From the IMG/VR virus record IMGVR_UViG_3300020236_000037, positions 2,051-66,050 of that record: DNA of 64,000 nucleotides; one strand, given 5' to 3'. How positions within the stretch are numbered: the first letter of the stretch is position 1; each line of letters opens with the position of its first letter. The notes beneath the pieces were generated by a model. That model worked only from the letters and a program-made list of their open reading frames with translations. It searched no databases and was not told where the DNA came from. This DNA is from a virus (lineage: Duplodnaviria > Caudoviricetes). This document shows positions 18,976 to 28,859 of this stretch, one piece after another. Position numbers and translations under genes: made by a program.

Positions 18976-21844
18976 CGAGATAGCACGAGAGATCAAGGCT
19001 GGCGTGCCGAAGTCAGCAGACCCTGACGCGCCTGTCGGCAAGGTGTACGAAGTCGCTCTCTCGATGCTTCGTTCGTACGCGGAGAGGATGACCGATGCTC
19101 TCGCAATGTACCGTCCAATCTCGCAGGCAGCCGCCGACTTTCACGCATCCCGCGCGTACTGCAGACTGGTTTCGGCGGGTAACCAATGCCTGTCTGCCGA
19201 CCAAGAGATCTATGATCCAGTTGCCGGGGTGAAGCGAAAGGTCTCTGAGATAGATGGCGACTTCCATGTGCTATCGCTATCTGCCGATGGAGAGTGCCGT
19301 ATATCTGCTGCCGAGAAGCCTTTTCTGAAAACGCACGGCGACTTGTACCGTATTGCGTTCGAGGACGGACGTGAGATCGAATGCACACTCGGACATAGGA
19401 TGGTGTGCTCTGATGGGATCGCGAGGGAAGTTGGGGATATCATCCGGGACGAGATCGAAGTTTACTTTGACGAAATTACCTCGAAGTTGGAATGCCGTAC
19501 TTCTTCATTAGGTAGTACACCGTCTGAAATGGGATGTCCTTCATGTCGGCTATCTCCTGAACACGATATTTCCCGACAAGGTCAGCAAGGTCCTCACGCA
19601 TTATCGCAGGAGGACTCCTGTACGCAGATGACAGTGGAACCCTCAACCTCTTTGCTGTCGCTCGAACTGTCGCCGGACTTACGCTGTACTTTTTCGCCAT
19701 GTCGATCTGTCTCATCGTCATGTAACTCTCGCGGAACTCATCGACGTCCTGAGGAAGTTTCTTCAGGCTGTCGACCCCGACCTGCATGTTCGCCTTGCCC
19801 TCCTCCGTCCATTTCGGAATGCGGCCTTTCAGCTCACTGGCGAGGTGCTTCCCGTTTGTCTCAAATAGCTCTAGATTTGACAGAGAATTATTTGAGCGAT
19901 CGCCGTCTATGTGATGAACAACCTCGCCTGGAGAAAGGTATCTTCCGATCTCTTTCTCCATCACCAACCTATGCTCTCGCACATATCTACCGTCCTTGGC
20001 ATGAGGATGATGCGGCGAGTATCGGAGTATATACCCGCTCTTATCAATCGTCGTACCGCCCCTCCAGCCAGGATGGTCTGGACCACTCAGTGGGCCCGTA
20101 CGACGAATCTCAACCCCACTCTCAATCAGCATCCTGCGAACCGTCCTGTCTGACGATCGGAAGCGAGCAGAAATCTTGCCAATTGATACCTTCTCCTCGA
20201 CGTACAAGCGAACAAGTTCTTCGTGATTCACAGGGACACCCTCTTGGCTACAGGCTAAGGTCATCTGCTTGTAATAGAGTAGCGTATTGCAAGCACCTCG
20301 GCAAGGGTGACGTCTGGGATCTGCACGTTCCGGGAGATCAGACGTACCTCATTGGCGGCAGTGTGCATCTGAACAGTGGCAAAACCACGGTCGCGTGCAT
20401 TGAGCTAGCGCGAATCGCGAGGGGTATGGACCCCTACAAGAAGAGGGAATCCAGCAACCTGAGAATCCTCGTCTGTGGCCTGGACGAGATGCACATAGCC
20501 TCCGTTATCTGGAAGAAGCTGTGGCTTCCAGGAGCCTTCTCTATCGTCAAGGATGAGGTCACCGGGATGTGGAGGTCCGTCCGTTCTGACCCAAAAGATC
20601 CAACCGAGATCGACCCAATCGACAAGGAGCGAGAGAAGGACTGGATGCCGGCACCGCCGCTGCTGCCTCCGTCATGTCTGAAGGCGATCGCTTGGAACAG
20701 AAAGAACATGTCCATCCCGAAGACAGCGACGCTGACTAATGGGACAGAGATCATGTTCTACTCGTCAAAGGGATCTCCGCGTCAGGGTATTGACGTTGAC
20801 GCATTCTTCGTCGACGAGGAGACCGTCAACAAGAACTGGATCACCGAGTCTCAGGCCAGGCTACTGAGGCGAGCCGGGATCATGGTGGCCAGCTTCACTC
20901 CTCAAGCCAGCACGCCGGAATACTTCGACCTTCACAGGAAAGCCGTGAACAAGACCGGCGGCATCGAAGAGTTTCAGCTTACGCTCGAAGCCAATCCCTA
21001 CATCTCAAAGAAGGCAAAGAAGCAACTCTACGACGCACTGAAGCATGACCCGGATGAGCTGGCCGTCAGGTACTACGGGAAGTATGCCATCAAGGGGAGG
21101 CAGTGCTACCCTGAGTTCACCAAGGAGATGCACTGCGTCGAAGACTTCGAGATACCCTCGGACTGGATGAAGATCGTTGCCATCGACCCAGGGGCCCGAT
21201 TCCAGACGTGCACCTACATGGCGATCGACCCTGAGTGCGAGAGCGTCCATGTCTACGATGAAACGCACATGGAGGGTGGAAATGCCAGGATGCTTGCAGA
21301 GGAGATCAAGAACAAGCTAGGGGACACGAAAGCCGAGGTGTTCATCATCGACTATCGTGGCGGAATCCAGCGCCCAATGGGGTACTCCAACACGGTTGCC
21401 GACCACTACCAGAACGAGTTCGAGAATATCGGCCTTGAAAGCAGACTGAGCGGGACTGGATTTACGTACGGATCTGACAACGTCAGCGGAAGAGAACAGT
21501 CACTGAAGAGGTGGATGCGGCCTGGAGAAGACTCTCCTCCAATAATCAAGCTTCACCGAGACTGCACCATGAAGACTCAGGACCAGCTGATAAACCGCTA
21601 CTACTCGAAGACTGATCCGTCAAAAAGAGAAGAGAGGGTGACGCATGACCTGGTGGATGTACTGGAATACGCCTGCGCGTATTTTGATGTCTGCATAGGA
21701 AAGAACCCGGCTGGTCTATATTATGAAGCGCCTGATAGAGTTGACCCAAGACAGTCGAAGACGTTCAAGGCATACAAGGAACTGGACAAGTTTTACAAAG
21801 ACGTAGAGCGGAGGACAATGACTGGGGGAATTTTACTCGGATGA
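18950..21844 (+). CDS. terL: terminase large subunit interrupted by an intein
   Basis: Walker A reconstitutes as AGNQ|SGKTT; Walker B FFVDEE; coupling motif SFTP; nuclease IVAIDPG; C-terminal HDLVDVLEY. Confidence 0.92.
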   Translation: MAHANPTINEIAREIKAGVPKSADPDAPVGKVYEVALSMLRSYAERMTDALAMYRPISQAAADFHASRAYCRLVSAGNQCLSADQEIYDPVAGVKRKVSEIDGDFHVLSLSADGECRISAAEKPFLKTHGDLYRIAFEDGREIECTLGHRMVCSDGIAREVGDIIRDEIEVYFDEITSKLECRTSSLGSTPSEMGCPSCRLSPEHDISRQGQQGPHALSQEDSCTQMTVEPSTSLLSLELSPDLRCTFSPCRSVSSSCNSRGTHRRPEEVSSGCRPRPACSPCPPPSISECGLSAHWRGASRLSQIALDLTENYLSDRRLCDEQPRLEKGIFRSLSPSPTYALAHIYRPWHEDDAASIGVYTRSYQSSYRPSSQDGLDHSVGPYDESQPHSQSASCEPSCLTIGSEQKSCQLIPSPRRTSEQVLRDSQGHPLGYRLRSSACNRVAYCKHLGKGDVWDLHVPGDQTYLIGGSVHLNSGKTTVACIELARIARGMDPYKKRESSNLRILVCGLDEMHIASVIWKKLWLPGAFSIVKDEVTGMWRSVRSDPKDPTEIDPIDKEREKDWMPAPPLLPPSCLKAIAWNRKNMSIPKTATLTNGTEIMFYSSKGSPRQGIDVDAFFVDEETVNKNWITESQARLLRRAGIMVASFTPQASTPEYFDLHRKAVNKTGGIEEFQLTLEANPYISKKAKKQLYDALKHDPDELAVRYYGKYAIKGRQCYPEFTKEMHCVEDFEIPSDWMKIVAIDPGARFQTCTYMAIDPECESVHVYDETHMEGGNARMLAEEIKNKLGDTKAEVFIIDYRGGIQRPMGYSNTVADHYQNEFENIGLESRLSGTGFTYGSDNVSGREQSLKRWMRPGEDSPPIIKLHRDCTMKTQDQLINRYYSKTDPSKREERVTHDLVDVLEYACAYFDVCIGKNPAGLYYEAPDRVDPRQSKTFKAYKELDKFYKDVERRTMTGGILLG
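19476..20231 (-). CDS. HNH homing endonuclease encoded antisense inside the intein
   Basis: HPGWRGG...GYILRYSPHHP...YVREHRLVMEKEIGRYLSPGEVVHHIDGDRSNNSLSNLELF with flanking HTH-like segments; likely GTG start at 20231 with an AAGAGGG RBS. Confidence 0.9.
   Translation of the reverse strand: MNHEELVRLYVEEKVSIGKISARFRSSDRTVRRMLIESGVEIRRTGPLSGPDHPGWRGGTTIDKSGYILRYSPHHPHAKDGRYVREHRLVMEKEIGRYLSPGEVVHHIDGDRSNNSLSNLELFETNGKHLASELKGRIPKWTEEGKANMQVGVDSLKKLPQDVDEFRESYMTMRQIDMAKKYSVSPATVRATAKRLRVPLSSAYRSPPAIMREDLADLVGKYRVQEIADMKDIPFQTVYYLMKKYGIPTSR
20276..20304 (-). promoter_or_regulatory. putative sigma70 promoter for the antisense HNH gene
   Basis: TTGCCG-N17-TACTCT on the minus strand; same -10 hexamer as the TTGACA-N17-TACTCT promoter at 39245. 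Confidence 0.55.
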
Positions 21845-21875
21845 CACGTATCCCACACAAGCGGAGAAGTAAACC

Positions 21876-22199
21876 ATGACTGATCACATTGCCAATATAG
21901 CCGACACGATCCTAGTGTGTGCTGATCCCACCGGTACGAGAGAGTGGTTTCCGGCCATTGTTGAGTCAGCAAGCGACAACGGACAGCTCACTGCCACATG
22001 CTTCATGGCTGGCAACACAGTGTTTGTCGAGGGTGCAAGACATATCGACAACGCCTGGTGGCTCGATTCAACATCAAAGAAGATCGCCATCGAAGAAGGG
22101 ATCTACGTTTGGAAAGAGTCGGACTACGATCGTCCTCCTGAGAAGATTCAACGGAAGCCTAAGATTCTCAAAGAGCAATTGCTCGCACAGCAGGTCTGA
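21876..22199 (+). CDS. hypothetical protein
   Basis: GGAG RBS; lies between terL and portal. Confidence 0.65.
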   Translation: MTDHIANIADTILVCADPTGTREWFPAIVESASDNGQLTATCFMAGNTVFVEGARHIDNAWWLDSTSKKIAIEEGIYVWKESDYDRPPEKIQRKPKILKEQLLAQQV

Positions 22200-22201
22200 G
22201 C

Positions 22202-24223
22202 GTGGAAACACTAGAAGAACTTTCCGGTCTGTGGCTACGGAAGCTGGCAATAGCTAAGCGCCGCAAGCAGGATGAATTCGGACAGTACGCAAATGAAGCT
22301 ATGCAGTTCTACACGGGACCGTATGACTTCCTCTACAAGAAAGCGTACGCAAACACCTCGCTGTCGTTTGTGGTTGAGGGTGTGCGGTCCCCTGCTTTCA
22401 GAATGTCGGTCAACAAAGTCGCTGAACTTGTCGAGCTATTCCTCCCCACTCTCTACCATCAGAACCCCGCCTTCACGGTCGAGCCGAGCAGGATGGAGCT
22501 TGACCAGCAAACCATGATGGGTCTCATTCCTCCCGAGGAAATACAGAGACTCATGATGTCGCAACAGCAGGGCGCACAGGTCCAAGATCCCACCAACAGG
22601 TTCCGCAAGAGTCCAATGGAGATGGCGAGGCTACAGGCAGGGTCTGACCTGACTGAGTACTACCTGAACTCGGCAAGCACTGAGAATGGACTAAGGGAAA
22701 ACATCCGGCAGTCCATCACTGAGGCGCTAATAAAGGGTCGAGGCTTGCAATGGATCGAATTGATCCAGGGTGCAGGCGGCAAGAATGTCGTCGCTAGCCT
22801 GTACGACTCAGTGGACCATCTGTTCATTGATCCTGACGCCGAGGACCTGAAGCATGCAAAGTGGATCGCAAGACGACGGGTGCAGTCGATTCCCGATGTC
22901 TCCAGGAGGTTTGGACTACCCGAGAAGAAGCTGAAGGAGTATGGGAACGCGCTCAGGAAGAGACAGGACAACCTCTCCGAGGATGGAGGGGAGGTCAGCG
23001 TCTACGACAATGATTATGGAGAGAGCTACGAGACGATCGTGTACTACGACTTCTACAGCAGGATGGGTATTGGCGGAGACCTGGCCGGCGTAGACCAGGA
23101 CAAGAAGGAGGCGCTAAAGGACTTTGGTCAACATGCAATGCTGTCCGTAGCTGAGGGAATTCCCTTCCCGCTCAATCTCCCTCCAAGCGCCCTCAGAACC
23201 GAGACGATGTCCGAGCTCAAGGTGAGGATCTCTTGGCCGACTCCATTCTATGAGGATCCTCTTCATCCCTGGCCGTTCGTGAACTTCGACTTCCACCAGA
23301 TCCCAAGGTCTGTGTGGCCTATGTCGCACATCAGGCCGGCGATGGGAGAGCTGAAGGCACTGCAATGGTGCATGAGCTACCTCCTCGGGAAGATCGTCAA
23401 CATCAGCCGCGACCTGATCGTCCTGGACAAGACAGTTGAGGAGGACATCAAGGAGAAGATCATCAATGGCCCTGATCTGACGGTCCTCGAAGTCCCCATG
23501 AGAGGTGGCCAGACGGTAGACAAGCTGATTCAGTGGATCAAGTCTCCTGAGTTCAACCAGTCTATCTGGGAGGTGATAAACGTCCTGGAGAAGAACTTCG
23601 AGAGGCGCACTGGCGTGAGCGAGCTTGCCTTTGGTCAGTCTGGCCGGCAGATGCGGTCAGCCACTGAAGCACAGGTCAAGCAACAGGCTCTCTCTGTACG
23701 TCCAGACGACATGGCGGCCGAGGTTGAGGCTGCGATGTCAGTACTCGCCAAGAACCACGCTATCGCAGCCAAGGTCCACCTGAGTGGAGATGACATCGGA
23801 CCAGTGTTCGGTGAAGTTCCCAGGAAAGGCATGCCGCTTCAGAATGGCGAGACGACGACGCAATATGGTCCGATGACAAACCTATGGATGGACATCTTCA
23901 AGAACCAGGAGATATCAGAGATCGTTTCTGAGTACTCGTTTACGGTAGCCGAGGGTTCTGCCAGGCTAAGGAACAAGGCCGCGGAGCGTGAAGATGCTAT
24001 CCAGATGATACAGAACATCATCCCCATTGCTTCTGGAGATTACCAGCAGTGGGGTGACCCGTCTGTCCTGAACAAGGTCATGGACCAGTGGTACAAGTCT
24101 CTCGACATCCCGGACACTGAGAGAGTGTACTTCACGAACAGGCAGCAGGAAATGCAGCAGATGCAGCAGGCCGCCGCGCAGCAGGATGCAGAGAAACAGC
24201 AACCTCAAGGGACGAGTCAATGA
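22202..24223 (+). CDS. portal protein
   Basis: 673 aa, follows terL; FERRTGVSELAFGQ...SATEAQVKQ clip/stem motif; Gln-rich C-terminus as in P22/T7-like portals. Confidence 0.85.
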   Translation: METLEELSGLWLRKLAIAKRRKQDEFGQYANEAMQFYTGPYDFLYKKAYANTSLSFVVEGVRSPAFRMSVNKVAELVELFLPTLYHQNPAFTVEPSRMELDQQTMMGLIPPEEIQRLMMSQQQGAQVQDPTNRFRKSPMEMARLQAGSDLTEYYLNSASTENGLRENIRQSITEALIKGRGLQWIELIQGAGGKNVVASLYDSVDHLFIDPDAEDLKHAKWIARRRVQSIPDVSRRFGLPEKKLKEYGNALRKRQDNLSEDGGEVSVYDNDYGESYETIVYYDFYSRMGIGGDLAGVDQDKKEALKDFGQHAMLSVAEGIPFPLNLPPSALRTETMSELKVRISWPTPFYEDPLHPWPFVNFDFHQIPRSVWPMSHIRPAMGELKALQWCMSYLLGKIVNISRDLIVLDKTVEEDIKEKIINGPDLTVLEVPMRGGQTVDKLIQWIKSPEFNQSIWEVINVLEKNFERRTGVSELAFGQSGRQMRSATEAQVKQQALSVRPDDMAAEVEAAMSVLAKNHAIAAKVHLSGDDIGPVFGEVPRKGMPLQNGETTTQYGPMTNLWMDIFKNQEISEIVSEYSFTVAEGSARLRNKAAEREDAIQMIQNIIPIASGDYQQWGDPSVLNKVMDQWYKSLDIPDTERVYFTNRQQEMQQMQQAAAQQDAEKQQPQGTSQ

Positions 24224-24726
24224 GACAGGACATCTACAACCACGCCATCAAGACCGGCGCTTCTCCACGCCTCGCTGAGATGCTGGCATGTCAGACAGCA
24301 CCCATGGTCAGGGGTGATGAGTTCAAGAGACTTGGCGTAGAAGACCCCCTAGAGGGAGTTCATCCCAAGATGAGGCCGTACTACATCGACGAGGCCAAGA
24401 AAGCTGGCGTCTCCATGTCAGGGAAGAAGTACCTCCCGTCTCTTGCCGAGCGGCCCGGAGATCCCCGCGCGTACGTCGACAGCTACAGTTCAGCAAAGAA
24501 GCTGGTCGAGGAGCGAGGGTGGTCTGCAGATGGAAGATTTGAGGTCAAGCCTGAGCACAACTGCCACATAGGACTGCCGGAAGAGCTGCCAATAGCAGAC
24601 GATATAGTCGAAGAGAGAGCAATGGACATGCTCCAGGCAGACGGCTGCAGCGGAACATGCACGGTGACGGAATGGGATGACGCAAAAGAAAAGGCGAAGG
24701 TCACCCTGAGCCCAGAGGAAGACTGA
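24220..24726 (+). CDS. hypothetical phage protein
   Basis: ATGA overlap with the portal gene. Confidence 0.65.
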   Translation: MRQDIYNHAIKTGASPRLAEMLACQTAPMVRGDEFKRLGVEDPLEGVHPKMRPYYIDEAKKAGVSMSGKKYLPSLAERPGDPRAYVDSYSSAKKLVEERGWSADGRFEVKPEHNCHIGLPEELPIADDIVEERAMDMLQADGCSGTCTVTEWDDAKEKAKVTLSPEED

Positions 24727-24727
24727 C

Positions 24728-25894
24728 ATGGCCTACAGCCTGACGTACAGGGACGCTATCGACAGCGTCCGGTCGTGGCTTGGCGGTAACGCCACTAGGA
24801 ACGCACACCTGGGAATCATCCAGCCAATCAAGTCTGCGCTCCGCGAGATCACTGGACACAGGAAGTGGAACTACCTGATGTCGCAGGGGAGGCTATACCT
24901 TCACGACAGCTTCACCGAAGGGACAGTTGAGTATGATCTTGCGACCAGGGTAATGACACTCACGCCGCCAGTTTCAAACCCAGGTGCCGTGTGGCCATCT
25001 TGGTCTGAGGACTCTGATATCCGCATCGACGACGTCCTGCACAGAGTTTCCCTAAGGCTTACCGACACGACGCTGCAGATGGACGACACACTATCCCCTG
25101 AGGCAGACGTTGCGTCTGGGACCACATACATCCAGGCAAAGAGGATATTCACCCTTCCAGAAGACTTCGCGCAGACAGACGTTCAGCTCCTGCAGTTCAA
25201 TCTGTGGAATGTCTCGTACGTTCCGCCAAGGGATTGGTTGATTCAGCAAAGGTACGTATCAAGCACTGGTCCTCCGGACAAGTTTACCGTCATGGGACAC
25301 CCGCGGATCCTTAATAGGATGGCGCTCATGATTGAACCGGCAAGCGGGCAAGATGACTCCCTAGACTTCGTGTACTACAGAAAGCCAAGAGAGTTGGTGA
25401 TCACGGGGTACGAAGCATCGCACTACGCAGGGACAGTCTCACGGACCGCAGCATACACGCTCACTGGGGTTACGACGGCATTCGACGCTTCAATGATAGG
25501 GTCACTCATCAGGGTATCGGGGTCAGGAAACACCCCCGGTCAAAACATAGGTCCGTTCCCGTATGCATTCGAGGCCAGGATAACTGCCGTCACGTCTGCT
25601 ACTGTCATTACCGTTGACTCAGACCCGGCAGCGTTCACCGGCAAGGCGTACGTTGTAAGTGATCCTGTCGACATCGACCCGGTAATGACCGATGCGTATC
25701 TACGGTGCTGTGAAAAGCAGACTGGAATACACAGGAGAACTAAGAACGTCAAGGAATTAGACGAATTGTTCCGGGACGCGCTCTACCGAGCAGAGTCCGC
25801 TGACGGCAAGGTGTTCGTGCCTCGAGTTATCGGAGAAGGAAACACATACATCAGATCGTTGAGCAACTATCCGGGAGGCACTGACCAAGCATGA
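24728..25894 (+). CDS. head-tail adaptor / tail tubular protein A-like
   Basis: IKSALREITGHRKWNYL...FTLPEDF...TGPPDKFTV...LDFVYYRKP pattern; position after portal. Confidence 0.65.
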   Translation: MAYSLTYRDAIDSVRSWLGGNATRNAHLGIIQPIKSALREITGHRKWNYLMSQGRLYLHDSFTEGTVEYDLATRVMTLTPPVSNPGAVWPSWSEDSDIRIDDVLHRVSLRLTDTTLQMDDTLSPEADVASGTTYIQAKRIFTLPEDFAQTDVQLLQFNLWNVSYVPPRDWLIQQRYVSSTGPPDKFTVMGHPRILNRMALMIEPASGQDDSLDFVYYRKPRELVITGYEASHYAGTVSRTAAYTLTGVTTAFDASMIGSLIRVSGSGNTPGQNIGPFPYAFEARITAVTSATVITVDSDPAAFTGKAYVVSDPVDIDPVMTDAYLRCCEKQTGIHRRTKNVKELDELFRDALYRAESADGKVFVPRVIGEGNTYIRSLSNYPGGTDQA

Positions 25895-26073
25895 GTGTTC
25901 CTGAGCCATCGTCTGCAGTGGAAATAGACACGTTTACGGGACTCGTAACGAACGCGGACGAGAGTTCGATGCCTCCTGGCGGAACGAAAATCCAACTGAA
26001 CGCCACTCTGATCTCAGCTGGTGAAGTCAGCGTCAGAAAAGGGATGCGAGAAGTTACATTCACAGAGGTTTAA
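25891..26073 (+). CDS. short protein resembling a nozzle N-terminus
   Basis: IDTFTGLVTNADESSMPPG...QLNA......GEVSVRKG. Confidence 0.5.
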   Translation: MSVPEPSSAVEIDTFTGLVTNADESSMPPGGTKIQLNATLISAGEVSVRKGMREVTFTEV

Positions 26074-26075
26074 TC

Positions 26076-26381
26076 ATGTCATACAAAGGACCAGTGGAGC
26101 TCATAGGCTGGCTGTCGTTCGTGATGAGAACAGTCGACGGAAGTGGGGTACCGGTGGTTGCCGACACTGCGCCTATTTTCAACTTACTTGCAGCGGACGG
26201 AACCGCTATGGCGACTACTCAGGTGACAACGGCACTACCTGGATACACAGGACTCTACTTAGTTCGATATCAAATACATCCGGCCGATGGATTTGCATCA
26301 GGATCGTCATACAACGCTGTCGTACAGTGGACTATTTCCGGTTCCGCACGATCAGCTGAGTTCACATTTAACGTGACGTGA
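26076..26381 (+). CDS. small Ig-like structural protein
   Basis: Beta-rich, GLYLVRYQI motif; packed operon. Confidence 0.5.
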   Translation: MSYKGPVELIGWLSFVMRTVDGSGVPVVADTAPIFNLLAADGTAMATTQVTTALPGYTGLYLVRYQIHPADGFASGSSYNAVVQWTISGSARSAEFTFNVT

Positions 26382-26797
26382 TGAAAAAAAGAATTGTTCC
26401 TGGTGAAATACTGGATATCTCATTCGTACCAGTTGATGGTTCTGGAGTAATCACTCTACCTGATGCTACACCTACATATGAAATAATTGACAATGCGCTT
26501 AGTACTTCAGCAACCGGTTCACTCAGCCTGTCAAGTTCAGATCCAATTCTTTTTTCCGCAGAAGCAATAATTCCAGGTTCAATGAGAAATGGTAGTTACA
26601 CCGTAGTCATAACGTACCTAATATCCGGTGACACTTACTATGAGATCAGGGAACTTTTCTCTGCAATTGGGGTTTTTATAGGGATGCCCACCAATGCTTC
26701 GCTTACGACAATAAAGGCGGTCGACAGGATTGGTGGTCAGTGGCTCATGTCACACGGGAACGATTCAACAATACGGGCTGGGTACAAGCCGACATAG
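26378..26797 (+). CDS. small Ig-like structural protein
   Basis: Beta-rich, GSYTVVITY motif; overlap with the upstream gene. Confidence 0.5.
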   Translation: MMKKRIVPGEILDISFVPVDGSGVITLPDATPTYEIIDNALSTSATGSLSLSSSDPILFSAEAIIPGSMRNGSYTVVITYLISGDTYYEIRELFSAIGVFIGMPTNASLTTIKAVDRIGGQWLMSHGNDSTIRAGYKPT

Positions 26798-26801
26798 ATA
26801 A

Positions 26802-28859
26802 ATGCCGACCACGATAATCACAGATTACGACAGAACAAGACCGGTGACATTCGCTCAGGTCCCGAGCGGAGATGTTCTGTTCGCAAATGGAGTCGATAAG
26901 CCACAGATGCTAACTCCAGTGGCAACGTCCTCCGTGAACTCTGGCATGCCTGCTGGGTATCTCGGAATAAACGCCACTGCAATGAAAGTCTTCGCCTTTG
27001 GTTCGGGACCAATAACGGGAGACTACCAGGCGGCAATTAGGTACATAGATTCCAGGGGGTTGCCGGGAGACTTGTCTGCTCCGATTTCATTCACCGCAAA
27101 TAACAACTTGGCGGTTACATACACACCAGTACCCACTGTACCAGGATCTGACCCGAGGGTTGTGTCGGTTGAATTCTGGAGGACAACTGCCGATCAGGTT
27201 TCTGTGTTCTACCTGGATGGCGTTAGAGCAGTCGGGACAGGATTCTTTTCAAGTGCCAAGACAGATGAAGAGCTCCTGGAGAGCATTGCGCTGCCAATCG
27301 TCAATAACGACGGGACTCCGAGCGCACGGAGATTTGGTGTCCCGCCGGACTGGAAGTCAGTCGTAGTCTCTCACCAGGAAAGAACCTTCTGGGGGGTGAA
27401 TGCGGTTATTGAAGATGGACACGCCAGTGTAACGAACGGCTCCGGCACCGTGGTGATTACAGGAGCACACGTACCAGACAACGTCAAGGACAGGCTTTTC
27501 TTTGTTCCCGGTGAACCAACAGGGTACTCAATCTCCTCTGCAACAAGCGGGACGTTGACGATATCTCCAACATATGCAGGTACAACTGACCCATTCTCTC
27601 CGTACGAAATCTCGGTAACGCCTGCTGAAAGCAATAGAATCTACTTTTCAGGCCTCGGTGAACCGGAGTCAGTTCCTTCATTCAACGCAGTCGACCTGGT
27701 CGTAAACGAGATAGACAGAAGCTCACTGGTTGCAATGGTCTCACTGGGGTCATTTATCTGGCCAATGACACAGAACAGGCTCTACCGCTGGACATACCAG
27801 ATACATCCCTCGCAAGACGGTGAGATCTACCTGACTGCAAATAGAGGATGCCTTAACCAGAGGTGCTGGACGCTTGTCGATGGAAATGCCTACATCATGG
27901 ACAGGGAGGGATGCTACATCTTCAATGGAGGAAGCATCCAACCGATCAGTGATAAGATTCAGGACCTATTTCGTCCAGGTGGCGGTATCGTCTGGAATAA
28001 CTCAAAGTGGTTTCACGTCAGCAACTACTACCTTGAAGAGACCATAAAGTTCTTCGTATGCATGGATGGGTCTAAGTATCCGAGGCATGCGCTCTGCTAC
28101 AACTTCAGGACTGGAACGTGGTGGATAGAGGAATACCCGTGGATGATATCAAGCTCTGATGTCCTCTCTAGTCCGGACTCCTCAAGGCTGCTCGTTGGAA
28201 CCATATGGCGGCGCGTAATGATGGCGTCAGAAGGATATCTTGACGGAGCCGGTCCCCGCATTAACGACAGGTATAATGTCACATCCGCTGAAGTCGACAG
28301 CATAGTATGCGACGGCGTCTTTGATGAGGACGACGCTTTCCTCGCCCCTATCTTAATCACGAAGGGGAAGGGGAAGGGTCAACGTCGCATTATCTACGAC
28401 TATCGTCCTGTAACAGGCAGAATCCTGGTTGATGAAGACTGGAATATCGTTCCAGACACTACCTCAGAGGTTCAGATAGGCGGAATTCCCTGGAAGATAG
28501 TAACGAAGGACTTCAGGGTGCTTGATGTTCCCGAAGAGCAGAGCAGGAAGTGCTCGCTGTCATTTACTCCTCTTACAAAGAGCTCTGAGATGAACATCTC
28601 GATATTCGAGGACAGAGAAACCACAGCCAAGGACTACGATATCGATTACGATCGACTTGACGGCATGCAAGTATTCTCAGGAGACCCCGCAGTCGAGGTT
28701 GACCTTTCGGACAACGAGTACGGATGGATCTACTGGACGTTCGATGCGCAAAACGACTATCGGGGTCCTGCTGTCAGATACATATCAGTAGGCATCGGCG
28801 GCGTTTCAAATAATGAGGGAACCGTAATTCACCAGATGACGATCGAGGGAGTACGGTGA
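26802..28859 (+). CDS. tail nozzle / tubular protein B-like (beta-propeller)
   Basis: LFANGVDKP, NRIYFSGLGEPES, GCLNQRCW..VDGNAY.MDREG, LCYNFRTGTWW motifs. Confidence 0.7.
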   Translation: MPTTIITDYDRTRPVTFAQVPSGDVLFANGVDKPQMLTPVATSSVNSGMPAGYLGINATAMKVFAFGSGPITGDYQAAIRYIDSRGLPGDLSAPISFTANNNLAVTYTPVPTVPGSDPRVVSVEFWRTTADQVSVFYLDGVRAVGTGFFSSAKTDEELLESIALPIVNNDGTPSARRFGVPPDWKSVVVSHQERTFWGVNAVIEDGHASVTNGSGTVVITGAHVPDNVKDRLFFVPGEPTGYSISSATSGTLTISPTYAGTTDPFSPYEISVTPAESNRIYFSGLGEPESVPSFNAVDLVVNEIDRSSLVAMVSLGSFIWPMTQNRLYRWTYQIHPSQDGEIYLTANRGCLNQRCWTLVDGNAYIMDREGCYIFNGGSIQPISDKIQDLFRPGGGIVWNNSKWFHVSNYYLEETIKFFVCMDGSKYPRHALCYNFRTGTWWIEEYPWMISSSDVLSSPDSSRLLVGTIWRRVMMASEGYLDGAGPRINDRYNVTSAEVDSIVCDGVFDEDDAFLAPILITKGKGKGQRRIIYDYRPVTGRILVDEDWNIVPDTTSEVQIGGIPWKIVTKDFRVLDVPEEQSRKCSLSFTPLTKSSEMNISIFEDRETTAKDYDIDYDRLDGMQVFSGDPAVEVDLSDNEYGWIYWTFDAQNDYRGPAVRYISVGIGGVSNNEGTVIHQMTIEGVR

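Larger units (their letters stand above)
19187..20374 (+). mobile_element. intein (396 aa) in the terL Walker A motif
   Basis: Begins CLSADQEI, block B IECTLGHRM, ends VWDLHVPGDQTYLIGGSVHLN followed by Ser+1. Confidence 0.92.
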
